From Rickettsiales bacterium (GTDB lineage: Bacteria > Pseudomonadota > Alphaproteobacteria > Rickettsiales > JABSSG01): a stretch of DNA of 64,000 nucleotides. The notes beneath the pieces were generated by a model. That model was given only the letters and a program-made list of their open reading frames with translations, made no database searches and was not told the DNA's origin. The stretch is from positions 77,364-141,363 of the forward strand of contig JBDOIT010000006.1 of NCBI GenBank assembly GCA_047404135.1. Direction: 5' to 3'. Made by a program: the position numbers and the translations under genes. Positions 50,364 to 59,153 of the stretch are shown here, piece by piece (within the stretch, counting starts at the first letter, position 1; every line of letters starts with the position of its first letter).

Positions 50364-51503
50364 ATGCATATTGTAGCACTCAAAATGCTAGTTGGAAATA
50401 GAGCCAAATATTTTGGTTTGGTTTTCGGCGTTATGTTCGCAACCTTATTAATGTCGCAGCAAGTATCTATGTTCATAGGAATACTAGATAGAACCTCCAG
50501 TCAGATTCTTGATATTAGTGAAGCAGATCTCTGGGTCATGTCGCCCGAAATGAGTTATGCTGATGAAATCAAACCTATGCCAGAGTTTGAATTATACAAA
50601 ATCAGAGGTGCCGAAGGAGTAAAATGGGCGGTCCCCTTATTCAAAGGAATGATGAGTATAAAAACCTTCCAGGGGAAATTACAGCAAATCATACTAATGG
50701 GTGTAGACAACCAAACACTAATAGGAAAACCTCCAAAAATGCTTGCTGGAAAATGGGAGAATCTTAGAGAGCATAATTCTATAATCATGGATAAATCTGG
50801 TTGGGATTATATCTGGCCAAACAGACCTCTAGAGCTAGGAATAGAAATTGAACTAAACGAAAAAACAGCAAAAATAGTTGGAATATGCCAAGCCAGCCCC
50901 CCTTTCATGACATCTCCCGTTGTGTTCACTCAGTTTAAAAATATTAGAAGATACGTTCCTAGCGGAAGAAAGCACATGTCTTTTGTGGTTGCAAAAGCTG
51001 ACGATGGATTTTCTCCGATAGAAGTCGCAGAAAACATCTCTAAAAAAACATATTTGCAAGCTCTTACATCTAAAGAATTTCAATGGAGAAGCATAAACCA
51101 CTACCTAACAAAAACCGGCATACCAATTAACTTTGGCATAACTGTCGCATTAGGGTTTATAATAGGAGCCATTATTGTAGCTCAAACACTTTATATATTT
51201 GTTATAGAAAATATCAAACAATTTGCAGCGCTGAAGGCAATAGGAGCTACCAATGCCCAAATCTTAATTATGGTCCTTATTCAAACTGCTGTTGTGGCCG
51301 TCATAGGATTTAGTATCGGCATTGGACTAGCTGCACTATTTTTCGAAAGCACTGCACATTTAAATACGATGAGAGGCTTTTACCTATTGCCAGAAGTAGT
51401 TATTGGCACCGCTTTAACAATCATCGTTATCATGCTTCTTGCGTCTTATACAAGCATTAGAAAGGTTATGTCTGTAGACCCTGCAACTGTATTTAGGAAT
51501 TAA
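50364..51503 (+). CDS. ABC exporter permease, FtsX/MacB-type (DevC-like)
   Basis: 379 aa. N-terminal TM, large periplasmic domain, C-terminal FtsX-like 3-TM bundle. Confidence 0.8.
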   Translation: MHIVALKMLVGNRAKYFGLVFGVMFATLLMSQQVSMFIGILDRTSSQILDISEADLWVMSPEMSYADEIKPMPEFELYKIRGAEGVKWAVPLFKGMMSIKTFQGKLQQIILMGVDNQTLIGKPPKMLAGKWENLREHNSIIMDKSGWDYIWPNRPLELGIEIELNEKTAKIVGICQASPPFMTSPVVFTQFKNIRRYVPSGRKHMSFVVAKADDGFSPIEVAENISKKTYLQALTSKEFQWRSINHYLTKTGIPINFGITVALGFIIGAIIVAQTLYIFVIENIKQFAALKAIGATNAQILIMVLIQTAVVAVIGFSIGIGLAALFFESTAHLNTMRGFYLLPEVVIGTALTIIVIMLLASYTSIRKVMSVDPATVFRN

Positions 51504-52214
51504 ATGAGCGAATTCATAGCAAAGGCAGAAAACATCCAAATGTTCTTCCATTCTGATAATGAGAAAACACAGGTAATACACGATGTCTCTGTTAAAATCC
51601 CATCCGGCAAGATAACAATGCTAGTTGGACCAAGTGGCTGTGGAAAAACAACGTTGATTTCTATACTTACAGGAATGCTAAAACCATCCGCAGGCGAGGT
51701 ATTTTATAAAGACAAAAAAATATCTTCCCTCTCAGATAATGATAAAGCAATATTAAGGCGCAAAGAATTTGGCTTAGTTTTCCAACAATACAATTTAATT
51801 GAGACACTGACTGCCGCAGAAAATGTTGCAATACCGCTACTAGCTGATGGCATGGATTTTAATAATGCAATAAGACATGCTGTCAGAGTTTTACAAACTC
51901 TGGATCTAGGAAACCGAGCAGATTTTATGCCCCCAACACTCTCTGGAGGAGAGCAGCAAAGAGTAGCCGTTGCAAGGGGTTTAGTGCATAATCCAAATCT
52001 TGTAGTATGTGACGAACCCACTGCGGCATTAGATGCAAAAAATGGCAAAAATATTATCGCCCTATTATCCAAAATTGCAAAAGAGAAACACAAATCGGTT
52101 CTAATTGTCACGCACGATAATAGGATTTTTGAATATGCAGACTTAATAATTCACATGGATGATGGTAGAATAGAGAAGGAAGAAGATAAGCCAGGTGCGC
52201 AAATTGAAAAATAA
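51504..52214 (+). CDS. ABC exporter ATP-binding protein (DevA/MacB-ATPase-like)
   Basis: 236 aa. GPSGCGKTT, LSGGEQQRVAVAR, VVCDEPTAALD. Confidence 0.9.
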   Translation: MSEFIAKAENIQMFFHSDNEKTQVIHDVSVKIPSGKITMLVGPSGCGKTTLISILTGMLKPSAGEVFYKDKKISSLSDNDKAILRRKEFGLVFQQYNLIETLTAAENVAIPLLADGMDFNNAIRHAVRVLQTLDLGNRADFMPPTLSGGEQQRVAVARGLVHNPNLVVCDEPTAALDAKNGKNIIALLSKIAKEKHKSVLIVTHDNRIFEYADLIIHMDDGRIEKEEDKPGAQIEK

Positions 52215-53097
52215 CTCTTTAGTACATATATTCCTGCCTTTATGCGCCCTAGTGTTCCTAGTCTTCACATTGGTCTCTGTAACCAAAAATCGCGTGCCAA
52301 AACCTCGAGACACAACCGTGGAACCTCCGAGCGCCCCTTTCCAGCATAAAATTGCAGGACTAGGAATTGTAGAATCAGAAACAAGGAATATAGAGATAGG
52401 ATCACATAGCTCAGGTGTTATATCCAAGATATATGTACACGAAGGAGATTTGATAAACAAAGGAGATCCGTTATTTAGCATAGATGATTCAGAAATAAAA
52501 GCAGAGATGGATCACGCCAGAGCAAAATTAGCAATCACACAAATACACTACGAAGATATTTCGCATGACCTAAATTTATTTGAAAGCATCAAGGATAAAA
52601 GGGCAATTAGTTATAGCGAACTAAGCAGAAAAAGATTTGCCGCAAAAAAAGCACACGCACAGATGGTTGAAGCAAAAACACGCTTGAAAGTTTTGGAATC
52701 CCGCTTCAAGAAACTAACTGCAAAATCTCCAGTAGAGGGTCATGTTTTGCAAATCAATGCAAAAATTGGAGAATTTTTGAACAATAACACAACCCCTCCA
52801 ATCGTAGTAGGGCATCTAGGGAACATGAGGGTAAGAGTAGAAATAGATGAAACTGACATCCATAGGGTAGACCAAGATGCTAGCGCCATAGGGATTTTGA
52901 GAGGAAATTCTAAAGTGAAGATCCCTTTGAAGTTTTTAAAATATGCACCATATATAATGCCAAAATCTAACTTAAGTAACCGTATCTCAGAAAGAATTGA
53001 TACCAGGATAATTGAGCTTGTTTATGGCTTTGACAATTCACACGCAAGCGCATTACCAGGGCAGAGAATGGATGTCTTTATAGAGGAGGCGAGGTAA
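52195..53097 (+). CDS. HlyD-family periplasmic adaptor (membrane fusion protein)
   Basis: 300 aa. N-terminal TM anchor, lipoyl-like hairpin VHEGDLINKGDPLFSID ... SPVEGHVLQINAKIGE, coiled-coil between. Confidence 0.8.
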   Translation: MRKLKNNSLVHIFLPLCALVFLVFTLVSVTKNRVPKPRDTTVEPPSAPFQHKIAGLGIVESETRNIEIGSHSSGVISKIYVHEGDLINKGDPLFSIDDSEIKAEMDHARAKLAITQIHYEDISHDLNLFESIKDKRAISYSELSRKRFAAKKAHAQMVEAKTRLKVLESRFKKLTAKSPVEGHVLQINAKIGEFLNNNTTPPIVVGHLGNMRVRVEIDETDIHRVDQDASAIGILRGNSKVKIPLKFLKYAPYIMPKSNLSNRISERIDTRIIELVYGFDNSHASALPGQRMDVFIEEAR

Positions 53098-54488
53098 TGA
53101 CTAAATTCACTACACTTCTTATATTCTTTATTTTTTTGCTTTCAGGGTGCGTACAAAAGCAACCTATGAAACATAAAAAATTAAAATTCTCAGATAGCTG
53201 GCATAATAAATCCGAAATACGAAATATTTCCACATCGGAGAAAATTCCTGAGTCACAAATATACTGGTGGAAAAATTTTAAAGATCCTCAATTAAATAAG
53301 CTGATAGATCTAGCCGCAGAAAACAATTTAGACAATAAGATCGCTATTGCGCGGGTAAAGCAGGCAAGAGCAGATGCTAACGTGACTCATGCTGATCTAC
53401 TTCCTGAGTTAAACCCTACAGAATCGTACAGCAACTCTAAAAAAATTACCTCTGGCTCAGCCTCCTCTAAAACAAGACTCATTACTACAGAATTAGATTT
53501 ATCTTGGGAGTTGGACTTTTTTGGCAAACAAAGACATCTGACGCAGTCAGATATTGATTCAACAATGTCATATGAATCAGATAGAGATCAAATCATGCTC
53601 ACTTTGGTTTCAGACCTTATTGCGAATTACATAGATTATGCAAAGACAATAGAGCTGATTATAATACACAAGAAAACCTTAGAAGAATCCAAATATTCTT
53701 TTGACATAGCGAAAGCAAAGCATTTATCCGGAGTCACGCAATCTTTGGAATTAGAAGCAGAGAGAGCAAATTACATTCAAAGCTCTTCAAGATTAAATGA
53801 CCTACAGACAGATGCGAAGAAGACCTTGCACAAGATCTCCACATTATGTGGAATCCCAGCAGGACAGCTAGCTCTGGATGACAAGGAAATATCTATACCA
53901 AAGATAAAAGAAAAAATCTTCTTAGATACACCTTTAAACATAATCAGACAAAGGCCTGATATCAAAAAAGCAGAATATCTATTACTCTCCAGCACTTCTG
54001 CAACCAAATCATCAATAGCCTCCCAATATCCAAATATTTCCTTAGCTGCTACGATTGGTTATCAAGATTCCAATGCATCCCCTCCAACAAGCTCTTGGAG
54101 TATAAGCCAAACTTTACTCGCACCAATATTAAATTTTAGAAAGATTAGAGAAAAAATCAAATCTCAAGAAGCACAAGAAGAGCAAACTTTTCTTTCCTAC
54201 CAAAAAACTATCTTAACTGCAATTGAAGAAATTGAATCAAATTTAGCCTCTTATAACGATATGCATAAGAATTATAATAATGCATTAAAGATTATAAAAT
54301 CTAGAGCGCATATTTTAGAAATGACAAATCATTTGTATGATAGCAAAACTAAATCTTACCAAGATGTTATAACTGCCAGAAAAGAGCTATTAACCGCCAA
54401 AACAAAACTTGCAGAGAAACTATCTGCAATGTCAATAAATGCAGTCAAGCTTTATAAGGCGCTGGGCTATAAAATAGTAAACTCCTAA
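53097..54488 (+). CDS. TolC/NodT-family outer-membrane efflux lipoprotein
   Basis: 463 aa. Lipobox FLLSGC. Two OEP repeats. Start overlaps the adaptor stop (TAATG). Confidence 0.82.
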   Translation: MTKFTTLLIFFIFLLSGCVQKQPMKHKKLKFSDSWHNKSEIRNISTSEKIPESQIYWWKNFKDPQLNKLIDLAAENNLDNKIAIARVKQARADANVTHADLLPELNPTESYSNSKKITSGSASSKTRLITTELDLSWELDFFGKQRHLTQSDIDSTMSYESDRDQIMLTLVSDLIANYIDYAKTIELIIIHKKTLEESKYSFDIAKAKHLSGVTQSLELEAERANYIQSSSRLNDLQTDAKKTLHKISTLCGIPAGQLALDDKEISIPKIKEKIFLDTPLNIIRQRPDIKKAEYLLLSSTSATKSSIASQYPNISLAATIGYQDSNASPPTSSWSISQTLLAPILNFRKIREKIKSQEAQEEQTFLSYQKTILTAIEEIESNLASYNDMHKNYNNALKIIKSRAHILEMTNHLYDSKTKSYQDVITARKELLTAKTKLAEKLSAMSINAVKLYKALGYKIVNS

Positions 54489-55408
54489 AGCTCCGCTTTT
54501 ATCCTTCTGTAAACCTCTTCAACCTCTAAATCCTTTAAATCCTTTACAGAAAGAGCTTTAAAATTTTGTGTCTCTATGCTGGTCTTTTTAGGGGTAGTAT
54601 GGGAGCCAAATAAAACCAGGCCCTTGCATCCCAAATGTGCAGCTATATGCGCAGGACCTGTGTCGTTAGAGATAACAAATTTCGCACCTTTTATTACCTT
54701 AGCCATTTGCCTTATACCTATTGCCTTACCATTATATAATTGTGCAATCCCCCCTACTTTCTTAGCATCCTCTATTTCGCTTGGGCCAGGGGTAGATACA
54801 ACGTCCAAACTAGGAAACTCTTGTTCCAGTGTTTTTATTAAATCGCTAAAATATGGCCATGTTTTTGCCGTGCCATTAGCTGATGCGAAAGGGGCAATAT
54901 AAATATAATCTTTTCGTATTCTCTTATCTAACTCAAAATCCATATCTATTGCCCATGAAAAATCTGGAGTTTTAGTGAATTTCGTTTCTATCCCACTGCG
55001 CTTTAATTGAATATCCATTCTGTCAATTGCTCCAATCTCTTTGAAACTCTCTTTTGTTTCAGATCCCTGCAATACCTTTAGTATAGAACTCCAATTTGGA
55101 GCAGAGAACATGTATTTTTTATAGCTGTCTGTTCTATAAGAATTCTGCAGATCGTAAACAGTATTAAATTTGTACCTTTTTATTGCCTTCCTAAGCTTCA
55201 GCCAAATATTGATTTTAAAAAACGACTCCCTATTATCAATTAACAAATCATCTATATAAGGACATATTGAAAATAATTCCTTATAAGGTGAAGATGTCAG
55301 CAGAATAATATTGTCTTTAGGGTGCGCATTCCTAATATCCTTCAGAGCACCAGAAATCTGCACCACATCACCTAAAGCACCGTGTTTTATTACTAATATA
55401 TTTGACAT
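54485..55408 (-). CDS. glycosyltransferase family 9 (LPS heptosyltransferase-like)
   Basis: 307 aa. N-terminal ILVIKHGALGDVVQ and C-terminal NDTGPAHIAA motifs. Confidence 0.82.
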   Translation of the reverse strand: MSNILVIKHGALGDVVQISGALKDIRNAHPKDNIILLTSSPYKELFSICPYIDDLLIDNRESFFKINIWLKLRKAIKRYKFNTVYDLQNSYRTDSYKKYMFSAPNWSSILKVLQGSETKESFKEIGAIDRMDIQLKRSGIETKFTKTPDFSWAIDMDFELDKRIRKDYIYIAPFASANGTAKTWPYFSDLIKTLEQEFPSLDVVSTPGPSEIEDAKKVGGIAQLYNGKAIGIRQMAKVIKGAKFVISNDTGPAHIAAHLGCKGLVLFGSHTTPKKTSIETQNFKALSVKDLKDLEVEEVYRRIKAEL

Positions 55409-55466
55409 AAAGATAATAAGATTTTATTTATAAAACCATACAATAAAATGTGGAACAATAAAATAT

Positions 55467-55865
55467 ATGTCAAAAGCAGACAAAATTCTAGCAGAGATTT
55501 CAGTTGGAGATCTTACAGATAAAATCACTATCCTAGAAATCAAACAAGAAAACATAAAAGACAAAGACAGTTTAAACATAATAAACAAAGAGTTAATCTC
55601 TCTGCAGTCCACTTTAGAGGAGAATGTAACTATACAAGAAGAATTAGTGATACTGATATCCAGGTTGAAAGCAATAAACAAAACCCTGTGGGACGTAGAA
55701 GACGACATCAGAGACTGCGAAAGGAATAAGAGTTTTGGCGAAGACTTTATTGCGTTGGCGCGGAAAGTATATTTCACGAATGATAAGCGCGCAAAAATCA
55801 AAAAAGAAATTAATCGTTTAACGCACTCCGATATAGAAGAAATAAAAAGCTACCAATCTTATTAG
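55467..55865 (+). CDS. small conserved helical protein (resembles the DUF6165 type, unverified)
   Basis: 132 aa. GDLTDKITILEIK ... LWDVEDDIRDCE ... YFTNDKRAKIKKEIN ... EEIKSY pattern. The antisense ORF 55424..55801 is low-complexity and rejected. Confidence 0.6.
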   Translation: MSKADKILAEISVGDLTDKITILEIKQENIKDKDSLNIINKELISLQSTLEENVTIQEELVILISRLKAINKTLWDVEDDIRDCERNKSFGEDFIALARKVYFTNDKRAKIKKEINRLTHSDIEEIKSYQSY

Positions 55866-55907
55866 ATTAGTAGCTTTTTATAAATAGTCTTAATACAGTA
55901 TTACGAT

Positions 55908-56780
55908 TTACTTCTTACCAAACCTTCTTCCTTTTAAAGGGTTTTTGCATTCAAAGTGGAATAGTAAAGCAAAGAAACTCCAGAATAACATCAGAGTAAC
56001 CACTGCCAATATAGGGGTGCTTCCTTGTGTTGAGTCAAAGTAAAATAGGTTTAACACACTCTTGTCTATTACGTTTATTTTTGTAATATAGAATATAGAC
56101 CCCATAATCATACCAAGCATGGATACATTCCATGTTTTTTCATTCTTACTGTTCCAAGCCAGATCCACGATCTTTGCAACAACAAAATGTGTCACAAAGA
56201 AAGCAGCTTCAAAGTAAAATATCACGAATAAAGATTCAAATATATTTCTTCCATTTGTTGGTCCCATCAATAGTACCGCTGCGATAATAACAAAGAATGC
56301 AGAATTCATTATTATTACTACATATATAAAATCCTTATAAGTAAATTCAGTATCAAGGAATTTCAATAAATGCTTTAAAAATACTTTGATACTTTGAAAG
56401 AAAAAAACAGAAAACCAGAAGACAAAACTTCCAAACAAGCTAAGAGACACAAGGAGAAACAAATGTGCATTTAGGGAAAAATCACCAAGATACATGCCGC
56501 ACATACAAAGCAGTATGTTTGTTGCTACTAAGCCAATATATACTGACTGATTGGTGACTTCCATAGTCTGAACTTTCGTCTTGTGAAATTTCATATAAAT
56601 CTTAGCAAATACGATTGAGAAAAATACTAAGAATAGCTGCAAACCTAACATATAATAGTATGTATCAAAAGTTACCCCTTCAACACCTTGCCAGATCATA
56701 AAGATCATAACAACAAAGAATAAGACATTGAGCTTCACTATGCCCTCCAGTATCTCTCTATAACTTAATTTAGTACTCAT
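55908..56780 (-). CDS. polytopic membrane protein, unknown function
   Basis: 290 aa, ~8 hydrophobic helices, no motif recognised. Confidence 0.55.
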   Translation of the reverse strand: MSTKLSYREILEGIVKLNVLFFVVMIFMIWQGVEGVTFDTYYYMLGLQLFLVFFSIVFAKIYMKFHKTKVQTMEVTNQSVYIGLVATNILLCMCGMYLGDFSLNAHLFLLVSLSLFGSFVFWFSVFFFQSIKVFLKHLLKFLDTEFTYKDFIYVVIIMNSAFFVIIAAVLLMGPTNGRNIFESLFVIFYFEAAFFVTHFVVAKIVDLAWNSKNEKTWNVSMLGMIMGSIFYITKINVIDKSVLNLFYFDSTQGSTPILAVVTLMLFWSFFALLFHFECKNPLKGRRFGKK

Positions 56781-56925
56781 AAAAACCTCTCTTTAAAACA
56801 GTTGTATACATAAATATTAAGAACTTAGTACAATAAAAGCAAATGCTACGCTCTTATTAACTAGCAAAGAAGTGTTTTTGCTATTTTATGTGACTTAATG
56901 ATCATCCCCCTAGAGTGTTTTTGTG

Positions 56926-56954
56926 TTGACATCAAAAGCCACAAATGCTAATGT
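56926..56954 (+). promoter_or_regulatory. sigma70-like promoter candidate for rpmJ
   Basis: Perfect -35 TTGACA (56926-56931), 17-nt spacer, -10 TAATGT (56949-56954), ~33 nt upstream of the rpmJ ATG. Confidence 0.45.
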
Positions 56955-56987
56955 TCCCGCAATTCAATTAATGTAGACTTCAAAACA

Positions 56988-57113
56988 ATGAAAGTATTTT
57001 CATCTTTAAAAGCAGTAAAAACCCGTGATAAGGATTCTCGCATCGTTAGAAGAAGGGGGCGTGTCTACGTTATCAACAAAACTAATCCACGAATGAAAGC
57101 TCGTCAGGGTTAA
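56988..57113 (+). CDS. rpmJ: 50S ribosomal protein L36
   Basis: Too short for the ORF track. My translation is [41 protein letters not shown] (41 aa), the non-zinc L36 type. Confidence 0.9.
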   Translation: MKVFSSLKAVKTRDKDSRIVRRRGRVYVINKTNPRMKARQG

Positions 57114-57714
57114 TGTATACAACGCACTAATACGCCTGCTTTGCTACGGATAAAGTTAACATTAGCATTTTATACCATTTAACAACCACATTTCTTCTTA
57201 GTTTTCCTAGATACGCAAGCTAAAAATATCTTTATAACTGCGGTACTTTCTTCCACAAACCGGTATGACTTTGTCATTTAATGACACGTTCACATAATGA
57301 CTTACCCTCGTCCTTTTGTACAGATTGAATCTGAATTTTAAGGTGGCTGTATACGCCCTCTAACTCACCTACAATAGCAAGAGTCGGATTATTGTCTATC
57401 ATGAGCAAAATGCAGCCCTAGATTTCTCTTTGTGCTTTTACCCTTGACTTGATCAGAAAAAGCTCCACTCACCATGCTTTATAAAAACTTTACTAGAGCA
57501 CATATATTTTTTATTATGAAGCCTACTTACAAATAAGAGGTCCTTGAGATTTATTACATCAAAAAAAGCTATTAATTGTAGCATCCATACTAGATTCTAT
57601 AAAAAACATCAGACTACGGATCTCTGCTTTTTTCTTTTCCGTAAGATCTTAAAAACACTCTTGCATGACTTATACTAAAAAAAATAACCGCGCAATACCA
57701 TTGGCTATTAGCTA

Positions 57715-57743
57715 TTGCAACATAGCATCTATAACTATATATT
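57715..57743 (+). promoter_or_regulatory. promoter candidate for tRNA-Arg
   Basis: TTGCAA (57715-57720), 17-nt spacer, TATATT (57738-57743), 21 nt before the mature tRNA 5' end. Confidence 0.35.
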
Positions 57744-57764
57744 GACCCATATACTCATAGAACT

Positions 57765-57841
57765 GCGCCCGTAGCTCAACTGGATAGAGTACTTGACTAC
57801 GGATCAAGAGGTTGGGGGTTCGAATCCTCCCGGGCGCGCCA
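57765..57841 (+). tRNA. tRNA-Arg (ACG), intact
   Basis: Hand fold: acceptor GCGCCCG/CGGGCGC, D-arm GCTC..GAGT, anticodon stem CTTGA/TCAAG with loop CTACGGA, T-arm GGGGG-TTCGAAT-CCTCC, G73, encoded CCA. Confidence 0.93.
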
Positions 57842-57915
57842 CCCTCGAATACATTTACCTTTTCTTAATATATATTCTGTTACAATGATACATTAAATCC
57901 ATAGGGTCACAGGTC

Positions 57916-58344
57916 ATGAATACAGATATAATGAAAAAGTTCAAAAGAACGCGTAGTACGAGTATAGCATTAGCTATATTCTTCAATATTATTACTCTTG
58001 ATTTCTATAGCATATCTTGGCTTGAGAAAAGAAGAGCTTTTTTGAATTCTCATATGCCTTCAAAGCAAATCCCCTTTACATTAACCCTCCTTTGTTACAT
58101 GCTTCTGTCTTTAAGTATATTCTACTCCCCTGCTATTTTCTTTTTATACTTTGTTGTAAAACTCCTGCTTCTTTTAGAAATAAGAAACAACATGCACTCT
58201 ATTACGAAAATCTCTGAAAATAGCGATCACTCGATCTCCGCCTTTTTTCTACTGATATTCGGGTTCTTGTATTTAATGTATAAAATAGATAGATTCCCAA
58301 GCAACGCTTCTACTCCAGATAACCAAAATGCAAACGGAAAATAA
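57916..58344 (+). CDS. small membrane protein, paralog 1 (DUF4234-like, unverified)
   Basis: 142 aa, 3-4 TM. Differs from paralog 2 by 11 aa substitutions plus an RST insertion. The aromatic motif is degraded (DFYSISW vs DFYGVYW). Confidence 0.65.
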   Translation: MNTDIMKKFKRTRSTSIALAIFFNIITLDFYSISWLEKRRAFLNSHMPSKQIPFTLTLLCYMLLSLSIFYSPAIFFLYFVVKLLLLLEIRNNMHSITKISENSDHSISAFFLLIFGFLYLMYKIDRFPSNASTPDNQNANGK

Positions 58345-58393
58345 TCGATAGACTCGACTAAGGTGCATCCCTATAGTTACCTTAATCAAATAT

Positions 58394-58539
58394 GTGAACC
58401 AAATGGATGTTATCAAAAAAAATTAGTAATATGTTATCGATCCCTCGCTCAAAGAAAAATGGATGACCTGACGTATACACATTTATCAGCAAGATCCTCA
58501 AAAGGAAATTCATTCTTCATGCAGCCCTTTGGATTAAAA
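58394..58539 (+). pseudogene. 5' fragment of the class II aldolase-like gene (duplicate of 59154-59300)
   Basis: Identical to the start of the intact gene, except that A8 replaces A9 at 58415-58422, which shifts the frame. It stops at the duplication junction. Track ORF 58363..58665 is a chimera reading through it into the tRNA fragment. Confidence 0.85.
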
Positions 58540-58610
58540 GTAGCTCAACTGGATAGAGTACTTGACTACGGATCAAGAGGTTGGGGGTTCGAATCCTCCC
58601 GGGCGCGCCA
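58540..58610 (+). pseudogene. tRNA-Arg(ACG) 3' fragment (nt 7-77), lacks the 5' acceptor strand
   Basis: 100% identical to 57771-57841. The six 5' nt GCGCCC are replaced by the aldolase-derived ttaaaa, so no acceptor stem can form. Confidence 0.9.
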
Positions 58611-58684
58611 CCCTCGAATACATTTACCTTTTCTTAATATATATTCTGTTACAATGATACATTAAATCCATAGGGTCACAGGTC

Positions 58685-59104
58685 ATGAATACAGATATAA
58701 TGAAAAAGTTCAAAAGAACAAGTATAGCATTAGCTATATTCTTCAATATTATTACTTTTGATTTCTATGGCGTATATTGGCTTGAGAAAAGAAGAGCTTT
58801 TTTGAATTCTCATATGCCTTCAAACCAAATCCCTTTTACATTAATCCTCCTTTGTTACATACTTCTGGCTTTAAGTATATTCTACTCCCCTGCTATTTTC
58901 TTTTTATACTTTGTTGTAAAACTCCTACTTCTTTTAGAAATAAGAAACAACATACACTCTATTACAAAAATCTCTGAAAATAGCGATCACTGGATCTCCG
59001 CCTTTTTTCTACTGATATTCGGGTTCTTATATTTAATATATAAAATAGATAGATTCCCAAGCAACGCTTCTACTCCAGATAACCAAAATGCAAACGGAAA
59101 ATAA
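58685..59104 (+). CDS. small membrane protein, paralog 2 (DUF4234-like, unverified)
   Basis: 139 aa. Motifs FDFYGVYWLEK and FGFLYLIYK resemble the repeated G-I-Y-x-x-Y-W segments of DUF4234-type proteins. Confidence 0.7.
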   Translation: MNTDIMKKFKRTSIALAIFFNIITFDFYGVYWLEKRRAFLNSHMPSNQIPFTLILLCYILLALSIFYSPAIFFLYFVVKLLLLLEIRNNIHSITKISENSDHWISAFFLLIFGFLYLIYKIDRFPSNASTPDNQNANGK

Positions 59105-59153
59105 TCGATAGACTCGACTAAGGTGCATCCCTATAGTTACCTTAATCAAATAT

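Noticed and set aside
57916-59104. Diversity-generating retroelement (TR/VR pair) explaining the clustered differences between the paralogs
   Set aside because: Only 8 of 16 differences sit at adenines of either putative template. The rest are T/C, G/A, G/T, G/C and C/G changes. There is no reverse transcriptase or accessory gene in the window.
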